Origin: Ignavibacteria bacterium | GTDB taxonomy: Bacteria > Bacteroidota > Ignavibacteria > Kapaibacteriales > UBA2268 | NCBI GenBank assembly: GCA_026416955.1 | Contig: JAOAEE010000008.1 | Coordinates: 90,608-154,607, forward strand | DNA: 64,000 nucleotides | Reading direction: 5' to 3' | Shown here: positions 45,988-56,079 of the stretch, piece by piece | Position numbering within the stretch: position 1 is the first letter of the stretch | Layout of the letters: each line of letters starts with the position of its first letter | Position numbers and translations under genes: made by a program | Notes under the pieces: generated by a model | What the model saw: the letters and a program-made list of their open reading frames with translations, nothing else | Databases searched by the model: none | What the model was told of the DNA's origin: nothing

Positions 45988-48900
45988 TTGATGAAAAGAT
46001 GTCTCTATAAAATAACTTTTCTTTTCATTCTTTTATCTGTATCGAATCCTTTGTTTTCCCAATATTGGCAAAAAATACAGAATATTCCTAGCCCTTTTAG
46101 TAATAATTATTGGCTTGATGTTTATTTCCATCCATCTAATCCAAATTATGGATGGATATGTGGATTCAACGGGATGATAATTAGAACGACAGATGGTGGA
46201 AACACTTGGCGAGGTTCTACTGTAAATGCATACCATTTAGAAAGCATCCATTTTCCATCATTACAAATTGGGTATGTTTCTGGGGTTGAGGGAATTTTCA
46301 AATCTACCGATGGGGGAGCTACTTGGTTTGATGTTACTCCACCTAACACAAGAGATACTACTCATTTTTGGGGTTGCTACTTTTTAAATGAGAATTACGG
46401 GGTTTTGGTTGGGGATGGTTGTTTTGGGAGAAATCAGCATTTCTGGCTTACAACGGATGGGGGAAGCACTTGGTCTGTCTTTCTTGGTACTGAAAATAAT
46501 TCAGGTATGACAGATGCTCTGCTTTACCCAAATGGCTTAGGTTATGCAAGTAGTAGCGGTAGGATTTGGATAACAATTGATAGTGGTAGAACTTGGCAAA
46601 TATTTGCAACTTCCGGTCCTAATCTATGGCAAGAAGAAATTACTAACTATGGTTCTTCATTCCTTGTTCCTTATTCTGGAACAACTTGTACTGGTGGAGG
46701 GAATGATGGTGGAATGAGGTTTTCAACAAATAATGGTACAACTTGGAACAGTTTTCGAACTGGTGTTCCAATGTTTGGTACTTTTTTAATTGATTCACAA
46801 AAGGGTTGGGCTTGTGGTTATTACACTGAGGTTTATTATACATCTAATGGTGGTTCTAATTGGCAAAGAAGGAATTGTGGCATACAATCTGGAAATTTAG
46901 ATGACCTCTGGTTTATTAATGAGAATAATGGGTGGGTCGTTGGAGAAGGTGTATATAAGTTATCGAACCCAATTGGAGTAGTGAACAAACAATCCATAAA
47001 TTTTGCGGAATTTTGCGTTGGTTCAAAAAAGTTCGATACTCTTTGGGTAAAAAATTACAACTTCAATGATGTAACCATTTCACTCAATATTAATTCCCCT
47101 ACAAATGAATTTGAAATTTTTAGTCCCGGTACAACTGGTTATATTCAATCTTGCGACTCGATTAGGGTTATTGTTTCATTTGCTCCAAAGACACCAGGAA
47201 CAAAAAATGCAACTTTACAAATTCAATATCCATATCAAAATCCGATTACAGTTTCAATAACCGGAAGGGCAATAGTATCCACTGCAAAACTTATTGATAC
47301 CCTTATCACAGTTAATTATGCTAAATGTGGTTTTACATACCAAGTTGCTGCCAAAATAGGAGTGAATGATGTAGGAGAATTTGTTTCTACTATTATTCCA
47401 AGTAAAGAAAGTAGAGTTTTTAAACTAATTACACAATTACCACTACAATTAGACCCTTCTCGGAACAATCTATTAAATTTCGAAATAACACCATACGATA
47501 CTGGTTGGCAAGAGATAACATATCGAGTTAGATTTTCCCCGTGCGATACTTTCCAGGTTTTGAAAATCAAAGTTTATGCTTTTTCACCAATTATTAATTT
47601 AGATTCAGCCATAAATATTGATCTGCATTGCAAAATAACCCCTATTAAACTAAGAATATTCAACACTGGTAACGATACTTTATTTTTCCGAAAATTTTCT
47701 TTCAGCCCACCAACTAACAAATTAATTCTTCAAGGCTGGGCTTCGGGTAATAATTTGCTTTCAAATTTTATCCTTCCTGGCAGAGATGATACTCTATTGA
47801 TTTTGTTAGATACAAATAATTTAGGTGCTGTATCAACAACTTTAATAATAGAAAGCAACGACCTACGAACTGTAAATGGACAAAGGAATGTTGTTCACTT
47901 AAAAATTAATGTTAGGATTTTTGTTTCAAAAATTACTTTCCAACCCAAAATTGTTAATTTTGGAAAGGTTTGTGTAGGCGATACATCTTATAGAGAAGTA
48001 AATTTTCTTAATCAAGGGAATTTGGAAGAATTGTTTCTTACTTTTGTTCAAAGCAATAAACTCAATTTTTTTGTTAAAAATACTTTTCCGATAACCCTTA
48101 AAAGTTTCGATAGTTTAAAAATAAGAATTGCTTTTTCTCCCAATAGAATTGGTAAGTTTTCCGACACTTTGACTTTTGTTTCATTTAATTGTCGCGATAC
48201 ACTTAAAGTTATCTGCATAGGAGAAGGAGTAAAGGCTGGTATTAATGTTGTACCAAAGCAAATTATTTTAAGAATTCAAAGGGGACTGGGTTCTTCAATT
48301 TTATTTTCCTTTTTCCGAGTTGTTGACGATACTAATCGTTTAGAAAGTATTACTGTCTCAGATTCTCTTAATGAATTGGTGGCAAACATTAAATTGTTGA
48401 GAGATTCAACTTTGATGTCCTTTGACAGTTTGTTAATAGAGTTCAGTTTCTTTGCTTCAAAAAAAGGAAGGTATTTTGGTACAATTTATGTACATTTCAA
48501 AGGAAATTGCGATATTGTTATTTCTATTCCAGTTCAAATTGATGTTTTCGACAAAAATACAGTAATTGACCCTTTGCATATAGATTTCGATAGTATTATT
48601 TGTAAAAAGGAAATTAACAAACGCTCCATAGTCATAAAAAACATATCCGAAGCGAAAGATACTATTAAGAATATTGTACTTTTGCAAAAAACTGGTAGTT
48701 TTTCCTTTAATTCTTTACCTTCATTTCCACTAATATTACCACCAAACGATTCATTCGAAATACAAATTCTCTATTTCCCTTTACAAGAAGGTTACGACAC
48801 AGCAAATATTTTAATAGAGTTTGATGATACAACTCGTAATGTCCAGATAGTCGCAACTGGCTTCTTCGGGTATTCGAAGTTGTTGTCATCACCAAAATTG

Positions 48901-50199
48901 ATAGACTTTGGCAGCCTTGAATATTGCGAAATCCCAAAACAACTTAAATTTATAATTAAAAATATCGGTAATATTGAAGATACTATTCTTATCATCAAAA
49001 ATTTTTCAAGTTCCCTTTTTTCATTTGAAGTATCAAGATATTTTTTGCTTGGTAATTCATTGGATTCTTCGGAATTTCTAATCTCTTTATTAAAAAGCGA
49101 TAAATTAGGAGAGTTAATAGATACATTAGTTATTGGATTTTCCAAATGTCCACAAATGGATACAATTATCGTAAAGTGTTCAATTGTTTCACCAAAATAT
49201 GAAATATTACCAAAATTTATTGATTTAGGAAATTTATGGATTGGTACTCAAAAAAATGGAAATTTTAAAATCATTAACAAACATAATAATGGGATTGGTC
49301 TTAAGGTTGGTTCATATAATGTAAGCAAAAATTTTGGTTTTGATAGTAACTTTTCTATATATCTTGAACCTAATCAAACTAAGACTTTCGAATTTTATGT
49401 TATTGCTACTCAAGAAGGAGAGTATTGGGATACTATTTGTTTCGAAATTAGTTCCGTTTGTAAGTATTACGATTGTATAATTGTTCACTATAATATTCCG
49501 AAAGAACAATATAAAATGACATTCAAGGTAGGGAAATATATTGCAAAACCCGGAGATGATATTGAAATAAAAATAGAAAATCTAACCCCAAATAATTTTC
49601 TGAAACTTGATACTTTATTAATAGGGTTATCATACGATAAATGGTTGTTTTATCCATACTCTTTCAAAGTAGGAGATGTAAATTTTTCTGCTGAAACAAA
49701 TTTCGGCAAAATTTTCTTTAAGCTAAGCGAAAATTATTTAATCGACTTTTTAAATAGTGGCAAACCTATTTCTATTTTTGGTAAAGCCTTATATTCTGCT
49801 CCCGATACAACTTTATTAGAATTAAGTATTGTAGATTATTTCCCAAAGAAAAACATAGATATTTCCCTTTTTAATGGTCTTTTATACGTTTACCCAGTTT
49901 GCGAACCCATTGGTTCCTTAAAGATGGAACTAATACCCTCATTTAATGTGATTGGTTTTTATTATGATGTCAATGATTCATTTGTGGTTTTGATATCAAG
50001 TGAAAACCAACAAATTAGTATTTCTTTGTTCGATGTTTTAGGTAATTCTTTTGGAACAATTCAAACAAATTTGGAAAGAGGATTAAATATTATTGAATTA
50101 TCCAATACATTAAAAATATACCAACAAAATTCCGAATTCTTTCTTGTATTTTCGAATAGTTATTCAAAAAAAATTCTTTTTGTTCCTTTTTTAAGATAA
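45988..50199 (+). CDS. very large secreted T9SS cargo protein: Asp-box/BNR (Ycf48-like) beta-propeller, then about 8 Ig-like/ASH-like beta-sandwich domains, then putative T9SS CTD
   Basis: 1403 aa with a signal peptide. Six S/T-x-D-G-G-x-T-W repeats (TTDGGNTWRGS, STDGGATWFDV, TTDGGSTWSVF, TIDSGRTWQIF, STNNGTTWNSF, TSNGGSNWQRR). Repeated [IV]DFG.[VL]..[CG] beta-sandwich starts (INFAEFCVGSK, VNFGKVCVGDT, IDFGSLEYCEI, IDLGNLWIGT). The C-terminus is CTD-like. Confidence 0.6.
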   Translation: MMKRCLYKITFLFILLSVSNPLFSQYWQKIQNIPSPFSNNYWLDVYFHPSNPNYGWICGFNGMIIRTTDGGNTWRGSTVNAYHLESIHFPSLQIGYVSGVEGIFKSTDGGATWFDVTPPNTRDTTHFWGCYFLNENYGVLVGDGCFGRNQHFWLTTDGGSTWSVFLGTENNSGMTDALLYPNGLGYASSSGRIWITIDSGRTWQIFATSGPNLWQEEITNYGSSFLVPYSGTTCTGGGNDGGMRFSTNNGTTWNSFRTGVPMFGTFLIDSQKGWACGYYTEVYYTSNGGSNWQRRNCGIQSGNLDDLWFINENNGWVVGEGVYKLSNPIGVVNKQSINFAEFCVGSKKFDTLWVKNYNFNDVTISLNINSPTNEFEIFSPGTTGYIQSCDSIRVIVSFAPKTPGTKNATLQIQYPYQNPITVSITGRAIVSTAKLIDTLITVNYAKCGFTYQVAAKIGVNDVGEFVSTIIPSKESRVFKLITQLPLQLDPSRNNLLNFEITPYDTGWQEITYRVRFSPCDTFQVLKIKVYAFSPIINLDSAINIDLHCKITPIKLRIFNTGNDTLFFRKFSFSPPTNKLILQGWASGNNLLSNFILPGRDDTLLILLDTNNLGAVSTTLIIESNDLRTVNGQRNVVHLKINVRIFVSKITFQPKIVNFGKVCVGDTSYREVNFLNQGNLEELFLTFVQSNKLNFFVKNTFPITLKSFDSLKIRIAFSPNRIGKFSDTLTFVSFNCRDTLKVICIGEGVKAGINVVPKQIILRIQRGLGSSILFSFFRVVDDTNRLESITVSDSLNELVANIKLLRDSTLMSFDSLLIEFSFFASKKGRYFGTIYVHFKGNCDIVISIPVQIDVFDKNTVIDPLHIDFDSIICKKEINKRSIVIKNISEAKDTIKNIVLLQKTGSFSFNSLPSFPLILPPNDSFEIQILYFPLQEGYDTANILIEFDDTTRNVQIVATGFFGYSKLLSSPKLIDFGSLEYCEIPKQLKFIIKNIGNIEDTILIIKNFSSSLFSFEVSRYFLLGNSLDSSEFLISLLKSDKLGELIDTLVIGFSKCPQMDTIIVKCSIVSPKYEILPKFIDLGNLWIGTQKNGNFKIINKHNNGIGLKVGSYNVSKNFGFDSNFSIYLEPNQTKTFEFYVIATQEGEYWDTICFEISSVCKYYDCIIVHYNIPKEQYKMTFKVGKYIAKPGDDIEIKIENLTPNNFLKLDTLLIGLSYDKWLFYPYSFKVGDVNFSAETNFGKIFFKLSENYLIDFLNSGKPISIFGKALYSAPDTTLLELSIVDYFPKKNIDISLFNGLLYVYPVCEPIGSLKMELIPSFNVIGFYYDVNDSFVVLISSENQQISISLFDVLGNSFGTIQTNLERGLNIIELSNTLKIYQQNSEFFLVFSNSYSKKILFVPFLR

Positions 50200-50208
50200 T
50201 TTAATTTT

Positions 50209-50982
50209 ATGAAAATTTATATAGGAACTTCTGGTTGGTCTTTCCCTAATTGGGTTGGGATACTCTATCCAGAGGGTTTGCCCCAAAGAAAATGGTTGAA
50301 CTATTATTCCCAAATTTTTAACTGTGTAGAGGTCAATGCTACTTTTTATAGACTATTTCAAGTAAGTACATACCAAAATTGGGTAAAGTCTGTCGACGAG
50401 AATTTTAAGTTCATAATTAAAATTCCACAAGAAATTTCACACAAGAAAAAATTGATAAATTCAATTAAGGACCTTGACGATTTTTTTTGTAACATTGAAA
50501 TAATTAAACCAAAAATTGGCTTATTACTGCTTCAACTTCCACCCAGTTTTAATACTTCTCTCGATGTGTTTTCTGAAGTTGTAAGTTATATTAGGTCAAA
50601 ATTTCCCCTTGCAATTGAATTCCGAAATTTTTATCTTAACTCTGATGATGTGTTAAATATCTTAATAGAAAACAATTGTGTTTTTGTTAATCCAGATTCA
50701 CCTAAATATCCTTTAACAAGCATTGTTACAAATCGCGTTCTATATTATAGGTTGCATGGTAGAGTTGAGTTACATAAGTCTTCTTATACCGAAGATGAAT
50801 TGAAGGAAATAAGTTTAACAATAATTTCTATGCGCGAAAGACTCGACGAGGTATATGTTATTTTTAACAATGGTATGGTTGGTCACTCGATTTCTAATGC
50901 AATCAAATTACAATATTTTTTAGGCATAAGAAATGAAAAAGTTATATCTTTACCCAAATATTCCCTAGGATTGGGTCTGTAG
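50209..50982 (+). CDS. DUF72 (UPF0759) family protein
   Basis: 257 aa. The N-terminus IYIGTSGWSFPNWVGILYP is the DUF72 signature. Confidence 0.7.
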   Translation: MKIYIGTSGWSFPNWVGILYPEGLPQRKWLNYYSQIFNCVEVNATFYRLFQVSTYQNWVKSVDENFKFIIKIPQEISHKKKLINSIKDLDDFFCNIEIIKPKIGLLLLQLPPSFNTSLDVFSEVVSYIRSKFPLAIEFRNFYLNSDDVLNILIENNCVFVNPDSPKYPLTSIVTNRVLYYRLHGRVELHKSSYTEDELKEISLTIISMRERLDEVYVIFNNGMVGHSISNAIKLQYFLGIRNEKVISLPKYSLGLGL

Positions 50983-52135
50983 TATTATGTGAAATTAACA
51001 TTTGAATTGTTCTTTGGGTAAGGGTTACTCCAGATGGTAGCAGTTTTAAACCAGAATATGTGTAAACATCTCTCGAAACCACAAGGCCCTCTTTCAAGTC
51101 TTGCAACTGAAGAGGTTTTTCGAACATACTTCCTTCAAGTTCTCTGAATTCAAGTAAAAATTGTTCGAAGAAGAGAACGACTTTTGGGTCGTAAAGCCTT
51201 CGGGCACCTTGTTTAATGATTTCTAATGCTTCGTCGGCTTTTAATTTCTTGAAAGCACGAAGTTCCTCGAAATCCAAAGCTACACGAATAATACGGGATG
51301 GAGCTGGTATTTGCCAAGATTGAAGTTTCTTTGGTATTCCACTTCCATCAAAATTTTCCCAAATATGGAAAATTATTTTTGCTACGTTTTCAAATGTTCC
51401 AATATTTTCGAGCAATTCTTTCGCTCGAAGTGGTACCTGAAACATTAATTCATTAGTGGGTGCACCGTCGGTGAGAACGGGTTTTTCAAGAAATTCGTCT
51501 GGTAAACATAGTTTTCCTAAATAAGCAAGATACGATGCAAATTCAATATCTTTGAGATCTTCCTCATCGAAGTTCCCAGTCAATTTAGAAATCCAAACCG
51601 ATGCATTGGCTACTTTTTTTAAAATTTCACCAACAAAAGGCATTCGAAGAGTTAGAAACCTTATAGCAAGCTGCTTTGTATCTTGAATTTGCTTTTCCAA
51701 AGCAGTTGCTAACTCGGTTAAAAGTTTATTTTCCTCTATAACTTTTTGTTGCAGTTTAAGTACTCTTATTCCAGCTCTTAATTTTGCTATTAATTCATCA
51801 TATTCGATTGGCTTGTTGATAAAATCGTCGACGCAATCTTCTAATGCTTTGATTTTTAGTTCTTTGTCAACATAACCAGTTGTGAGTATATAATAGATGC
51901 TTCTCAACTTTGGGTTTGCTCGAACTTTTTTGCACAACTCTAAACCATTAATTTCGGGGATGTCATAATCAGCAATGACAATGTCGATTTTGTTCTTTTG
52001 AAGAAGGTTCCAGGCTTCATTCCCTTGAAATGCAATTAATAACCCAGCATTTGGGAAACTTCTTGAAAGGATTGCCCGAATGTTTGCTATTGTTGCTTTG
52101 TCGTCGTCGATGACAAGAAAATTAAGAGTCTCCAT
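50942..52135 (-). CDS. response regulator: receiver domain fused to a degenerate (probably non-catalytic) HD-GYP-like domain
   Basis: 397 aa. REC (FLVIDDDKATI...DIVIADYDIPEINGLELCKKV). The C-terminal domain aligns with HD-GYP, but the HD dyad is replaced (ASYLAYLGKLCLPDEFLEKPVLTD vs ...HDIGK...) and HHE-DGSGYP reads FHIWENFDGSGIP. Confidence 0.65.
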   Translation of the reverse strand: METLNFLVIDDDKATIANIRAILSRSFPNAGLLIAFQGNEAWNLLQKNKIDIVIADYDIPEINGLELCKKVRANPKLRSIYYILTTGYVDKELKIKALEDCVDDFINKPIEYDELIAKLRAGIRVLKLQQKVIEENKLLTELATALEKQIQDTKQLAIRFLTLRMPFVGEILKKVANASVWISKLTGNFDEEDLKDIEFASYLAYLGKLCLPDEFLEKPVLTDGAPTNELMFQVPLRAKELLENIGTFENVAKIIFHIWENFDGSGIPKKLQSWQIPAPSRIIRVALDFEELRAFKKLKADEALEIIKQGARRLYDPKVVLFFEQFLLEFRELEGSMFEKPLQLQDLKEGLVVSRDVYTYSGLKLLPSGVTLTQRTIQMLISHNTTDPILGNIWVKI

Positions 52136-52144
52136 TCCTTTCTC

Positions 52145-53062
52145 TTATTTTGTGTAATTTTTTAGTATTTCCTCCGAACTTATGTTCTTTATTAAAATTG
52201 AAGTTCTTCTGTTTGAGTAATCGAATGGATTTTCTGGATTTTTTAATTTTTTGTCTGCAAATCCAGTTACTTTAACAATTTGTCCTTCCCAAAGACCATT
52301 TTCTTCTAAAACCTTGCGGGCAGCATTAGCTCTATCGGCAGAAAGTTCCCAGTTTGTATACTGCGAACTTTTTGAGTATTGCCGACTATCAGTATGACCT
52401 TCAACTTCGACATAATTTGGTAGCTTCCCAATTTCTTTTGCTAGGGTTGCAAGTAATTCTTTTGCTAATGGTCTTAATTTTGCACTACCCACCTCAAAGA
52501 AAATTGCGTCTTGTTTTTCAATTAATTCAATCCTTAATCCTTCCTTTGTAAATTCAAACTGTATTGAATTTAAAAGTTCTTTCAATTGAGGATTTTTAGT
52601 TAAACTTTCGTTGAATATCTTCTTTATTTCATCAGCAATGGCTTTGACTCTTTCAACTGCTTTAATACTATCTTGTATTGCCTGTTTCTTTAATTTGTCG
52701 GAAACTTTTTCTGCAAGAGTATCTTGTTGTTCTGGAGGCAAAAAGAAAACAAATTGTTGTTTCTCTTTCCCTTCGCCTTTCCCGGTTTCTGGATTTTCAA
52801 AGATATCAATCTTAACTGGAACGGTTCTTTTCCCAGTTATGAAATTAAAAGCACCTGGGTCTTTGAAATATGATGATACCATTTGACGAATTTGTTCACT
52901 TTGTCCAAGTATCCACATAACTATAAAGAAAGCCATCATAGCCGTGACAAAGTCTGCATATGCAACTTTCCAAGAACCACCGTGGGGAGCGTGAGCGTGG
53001 TGTCCCTTTTTCTTTTTAATTATTATTGGTTCTTCTTTATGTTTTTTTTCTTCATCTGCCAT
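52145..53062 (-). CDS. motB: flagellar motor stator protein MotB (OmpA-like C-terminus)
   Basis: The ORF is open to 53197, but an SD-supported start at 53062 (MADEEKK...) avoids a 119-nt overlap with motA. The TM/plug region WKVAYADFVTAMMAFFIVMWIL carries the conserved Asp. The C-terminal OmpA-like peptidoglycan-binding domain reads NRRTSILI. Confidence 0.8.
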   Translation of the reverse strand: MADEEKKHKEEPIIIKKKKGHHAHAPHGGSWKVAYADFVTAMMAFFIVMWILGQSEQIRQMVSSYFKDPGAFNFITGKRTVPVKIDIFENPETGKGEGKEKQQFVFFLPPEQQDTLAEKVSDKLKKQAIQDSIKAVERVKAIADEIKKIFNESLTKNPQLKELLNSIQFEFTKEGLRIELIEKQDAIFFEVGSAKLRPLAKELLATLAKEIGKLPNYVEVEGHTDSRQYSKSSQYTNWELSADRANAARKVLEENGLWEGQIVKVTGFADKKLKNPENPFDYSNRRTSILIKNISSEEILKNYTK

Positions 53063-53078
53063 AGGACATTCCTTATAA

Positions 53079-53933
53079 TTATCTTGCTTGCTTGATTGCT
53101 TGTTCAGTTTCTTGGAAGCTTGGTCGGTTTTCTGGGTCAATAGACCGACGCCCGTATTCGATAGCAACCGAAGCAGGAGCACCTTTTGCAAATGCAAGTA
53201 GTGCCGCCTTTATTGTTTGCAAGTACTTCATCTCTTTTTGTACTATTTTGTTCATAATCGAAGCAGTTGGACCAATGATGCCGTAGCACATCAAAACTCC
53301 AAGAAATGTTCCAACAAGTGCTGCTGCAACGTGGTGACCAACTGCTTCTGCTCCTTCGCTTACAGAAGCCATTGTAACGATAATACCCATAACTGCAGCA
53401 ACAATTCCTAGGCCCGGAAATGCTTCGGCTAAGGTCTGAAGTGATTGAGCTGGAACTTGCTCTTCCTCTAAAATATTTTCAATGTCTATATCCATTAATT
53501 CTTCGAGGTCGTGGGCTGGAACACCACCGCTGAGAACAACTTTTAGTGTATCGGTTAGAAATTCGACTGCTGGTTTGTTCGCAAGGAATGATGGATATTT
53601 CGAAAAAATTGAACTTTGTTCGGGATTTTCGATATGTGACTCAATAGCAATTAAACCTTCTCTTTTAGCGAATTGGAAAAGTTCGTAAAGTAATTGTAGT
53701 AATTCGATGTAAGCTGTTTTATTGACTTTTGGTCCTTTAATGGTACCCAGGGCACCCGAAATAATTTTTTTTAATACGGGCAAAGGATTTGCTATAAGAA
53801 GTGAACCAATTGCTGCACCACCGATAATAATATATTCAGCAGGAACAATTAATGCAAGAGGATTTCCGCCAGCAACAATCAAACCACCAATGATTGAAAC
53901 AAAAACCACGACTATTCCTATAATAACAAACAT
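53079..53933 (-). CDS. motA: flagellar motor stator protein MotA
   Basis: 284 aa. Near-collinear with E. coli MotA (MFVIIGIVVVF...PAEYIIIGGAAIGS...IENPEQSSIFSKYPSFLAN...AFPGLGIVAAVMGII...VEFGRRS-like IEYGRRS). Confidence 0.85.
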   Translation of the reverse strand: MFVIIGIVVVFVSIIGGLIVAGGNPLALIVPAEYIIIGGAAIGSLLIANPLPVLKKIISGALGTIKGPKVNKTAYIELLQLLYELFQFAKREGLIAIESHIENPEQSSIFSKYPSFLANKPAVEFLTDTLKVVLSGGVPAHDLEELMDIDIENILEEEQVPAQSLQTLAEAFPGLGIVAAVMGIIVTMASVSEGAEAVGHHVAAALVGTFLGVLMCYGIIGPTASIMNKIVQKEMKYLQTIKAALLAFAKGAPASVAIEYGRRSIDPENRPSFQETEQAIKQAR

Positions 53934-53943
53934 CTTGCACCTT

Positions 53944-55620
53944 CTATTTAGTTTTCTTTTCCAATTCTTTGATTACTTCCTTGTTGTTTGGGTCGATAGA
54001 TAATGCCTTTTCAAAAAAATAGTTGGCGTTATGTTCATCACCTAAAGCTTTATAAATTAAACTTAAATGCAAAAATGGTTCTGCTCGTGTATTGTCTATT
54101 TCAATAGACTTTTCTATATATTCTTTCGCTTTTTCGTAATTTCCTAATTTAAAGTAATACCATCCATAAGTATCTAAAAAGTTTGGGTCGTTTGGTCTTA
54201 TCTTTATTGCTTTTTCAATAAGCTTACCAGCGAGTACTAAATTTGTATCTCTTTGAATTAATGAATATGCAAAATTGTTCAATGCAATTGGATTCTCTGG
54301 AAATAGTTCCAGGCTTTTAAGATAAAATGAGTCAGATTTCGACCAATTTTCAGTTTCGGAATAGAGCCATCCGAAATTAATGTATATTTGGTAATCATTA
54401 GAATCGAGCATTAAGGATTTATTAAACATTTCTTCGGCAAGTTGATATTGTTGATTGTTGGTATAAAATTCACCTAAGACATTATAGTAAGTAGGAATAT
54501 CAATGAACTTAAACTTGAAACTCTGGAATTTTTGAATAGCTTCGTTTCTCTTTTTCAAATCGTAATATAAAATGTAGGAGGTATTAATTAATGTTTCTAA
54601 GTCGATTTCTTCATTTCCAAGAATGTTGTTGCAAAGCAAATATGAATTAGTTGTGTCGTTTAAGATGAAATATATCTGTAAAAGTTTGGATTTTACTTGT
54701 AAATTATCATTCGAAATTGATGTTACTACAGAAATTAATTTTTTTGATAAGTCTTTATTTATTGAATCAATAGATTTAATTTTAGAAGTAAAAATATCGA
54801 TAATTTGTAAATTTTTGTCCAAAGTTATTTTTCTTTGGAATTCTTCATATTTATTAATTGCTTTTTCGTATTCACCTTTTTCCAAAAGATTGGTAAAGTA
54901 TATATTAAAATAAATAAAATCTAAATTTTTGAAATAATCTGGTTTTGAGAAGATTTTCTCTAATATAACATTTTGATTGTTAGTGTCTTTTTTCAAGAAA
55001 AAGTAGTACAGTAATTGAGAGTTTACAAAGTCCTCTAGACTTGGGTCCTCAATAGAATTTAAGAACGCAATAGAAGAAGCAAATGATGTATCAACTCTGT
55101 CGAGAATATCTAAATGAAGTTTGATGTCGTTTTGATTTAAATTTTTTCTTTTTAAATGAACTAATTTACTCGAGAAAAAATATGCTTCTTTGTATTGATA
55201 TCTCTGGAATAGTGTCCAAGCAAGAAGTTCAATTGTGGGTAAGAAGTTTGTGTCGAGTAGATAAGACCTAAAACCATAATCGAAAGCTAATGTGTATTTC
55301 TCAATCCAGTAAAAATTTCTGGCAATGGCAAAAAGAATAACCTTCGAAGTATCAAACCTTAGGGCATCTAATAAATCTACAATTGCTTGATGATATAAAC
55401 CTAATTGTTCATTTTTTGAAGCATTTACTATTAAGTCGATTAAATATTTATTTTTTACGAATTTAATTGTACTCGAATCCAATTTATTTGCGTTAAGATA
55501 AAGTTCATAAGTATTTGAGTAAAATGAATAATTACTCACAAAAGTTTTATCTGTTGCACAACCAACAAAAAGAATAAAAATAGTAAGAAAATATTGGTAA
55601 TTTCTAAAAATACTTCTCAT
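53944..55620 (-). CDS. TPR-repeat lipoprotein
   Basis: 558 aa with a lipoprotein signal (FILFVGCATD) and multiple TPR repeats (LGDEHNANYFFEKALSIDPNN...). Confidence 0.55.
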   Translation of the reverse strand: MRSIFRNYQYFLTIFILFVGCATDKTFVSNYSFYSNTYELYLNANKLDSSTIKFVKNKYLIDLIVNASKNEQLGLYHQAIVDLLDALRFDTSKVILFAIARNFYWIEKYTLAFDYGFRSYLLDTNFLPTIELLAWTLFQRYQYKEAYFFSSKLVHLKRKNLNQNDIKLHLDILDRVDTSFASSIAFLNSIEDPSLEDFVNSQLLYYFFLKKDTNNQNVILEKIFSKPDYFKNLDFIYFNIYFTNLLEKGEYEKAINKYEEFQRKITLDKNLQIIDIFTSKIKSIDSINKDLSKKLISVVTSISNDNLQVKSKLLQIYFILNDTTNSYLLCNNILGNEEIDLETLINTSYILYYDLKKRNEAIQKFQSFKFKFIDIPTYYNVLGEFYTNNQQYQLAEEMFNKSLMLDSNDYQIYINFGWLYSETENWSKSDSFYLKSLELFPENPIALNNFAYSLIQRDTNLVLAGKLIEKAIKIRPNDPNFLDTYGWYYFKLGNYEKAKEYIEKSIEIDNTRAEPFLHLSLIYKALGDEHNANYFFEKALSIDPNNKEVIKELEKKTK

Positions 55621-55665
55621 AATAAATTTACAAGTAAAAGTATTATAAAATTATGAAAACTTTTT

Positions 55666-55698
55666 TGAAATAAAAAACCTGTCAACAAGGTGACAGGT
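55666..55698 (-). terminator. rho-independent terminator downstream of rpmB
   Basis: Plus-strand inverted repeat ACCTGTCA-ACAAGG-TGACAGGT (55677-55698), preceded on the plus strand by an A-run. This is a T-run (UUUUUAUUUC) after the hairpin on the minus strand. Confidence 0.6.
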
Positions 55699-55729
55699 TG
55701 AAAATTTAAGTAGAGTACAACAAATGGAA

Positions 55730-55954
55730 TCAAAGTAAACCTACTTCCTTCAAAACAGAGGAAATTCCTCTTTTGTCAATTGTTTTAATTGCTTGGGTGG
55801 AAACCCTCAACCGTATCCATCGCTTTTGTTCGGGTATCCAAAATTTCTTCCATTGTAGATTTGGTAGAAATCTCCTTTTTGTTCTGTTATTAGCATGCGA
55901 AACATTGTTTCCAGTTAATGGTTTTTTCCCTGTAATAACGCAAACTCTTGCCAT
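55730..55954 (-). CDS. rpmB: 50S ribosomal protein L28
   Basis: 74 aa. [34 protein letters not shown] is near-identical in pattern to E. coli L28 ([33 protein letters not shown]). Confidence 0.9.
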   Translation of the reverse strand: MARVCVITGKKPLTGNNVSHANNRTKRRFLPNLQWKKFWIPEQKRWIRLRVSTQAIKTIDKRGISSVLKEVGLL

Positions 55955-56079
55955 TTTTTCACCATTAAAGAAAACAAAATTAATTATTTTTTCATTAATA
56001 GCAAAGCAGCAAATGAAAAAAACTGTTTATTTAAATTTGTATATTCTAAAAAATTTTCATAATTTTGTGTCGTTGAATA

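Noticed and set aside
53063-53197. Long N-terminal extension of MotB overlapping motA by 119 nt
   Set aside because: The internal ATG at 53062 is preceded by AAGGAA. It yields a MotB of normal length, removes the overlap, and the extension has no homology.
52145-53933. MotA/MotB pair as a possible Zorya (ZorAB) anti-phage system
   Set aside because: MotA is 284 aa and collinear with flagellar MotA. It lacks the long C-terminal coiled-coil tail of ZorA. No ZorC/ZorD-like genes are adjacent. Interpreted as a classical stator.
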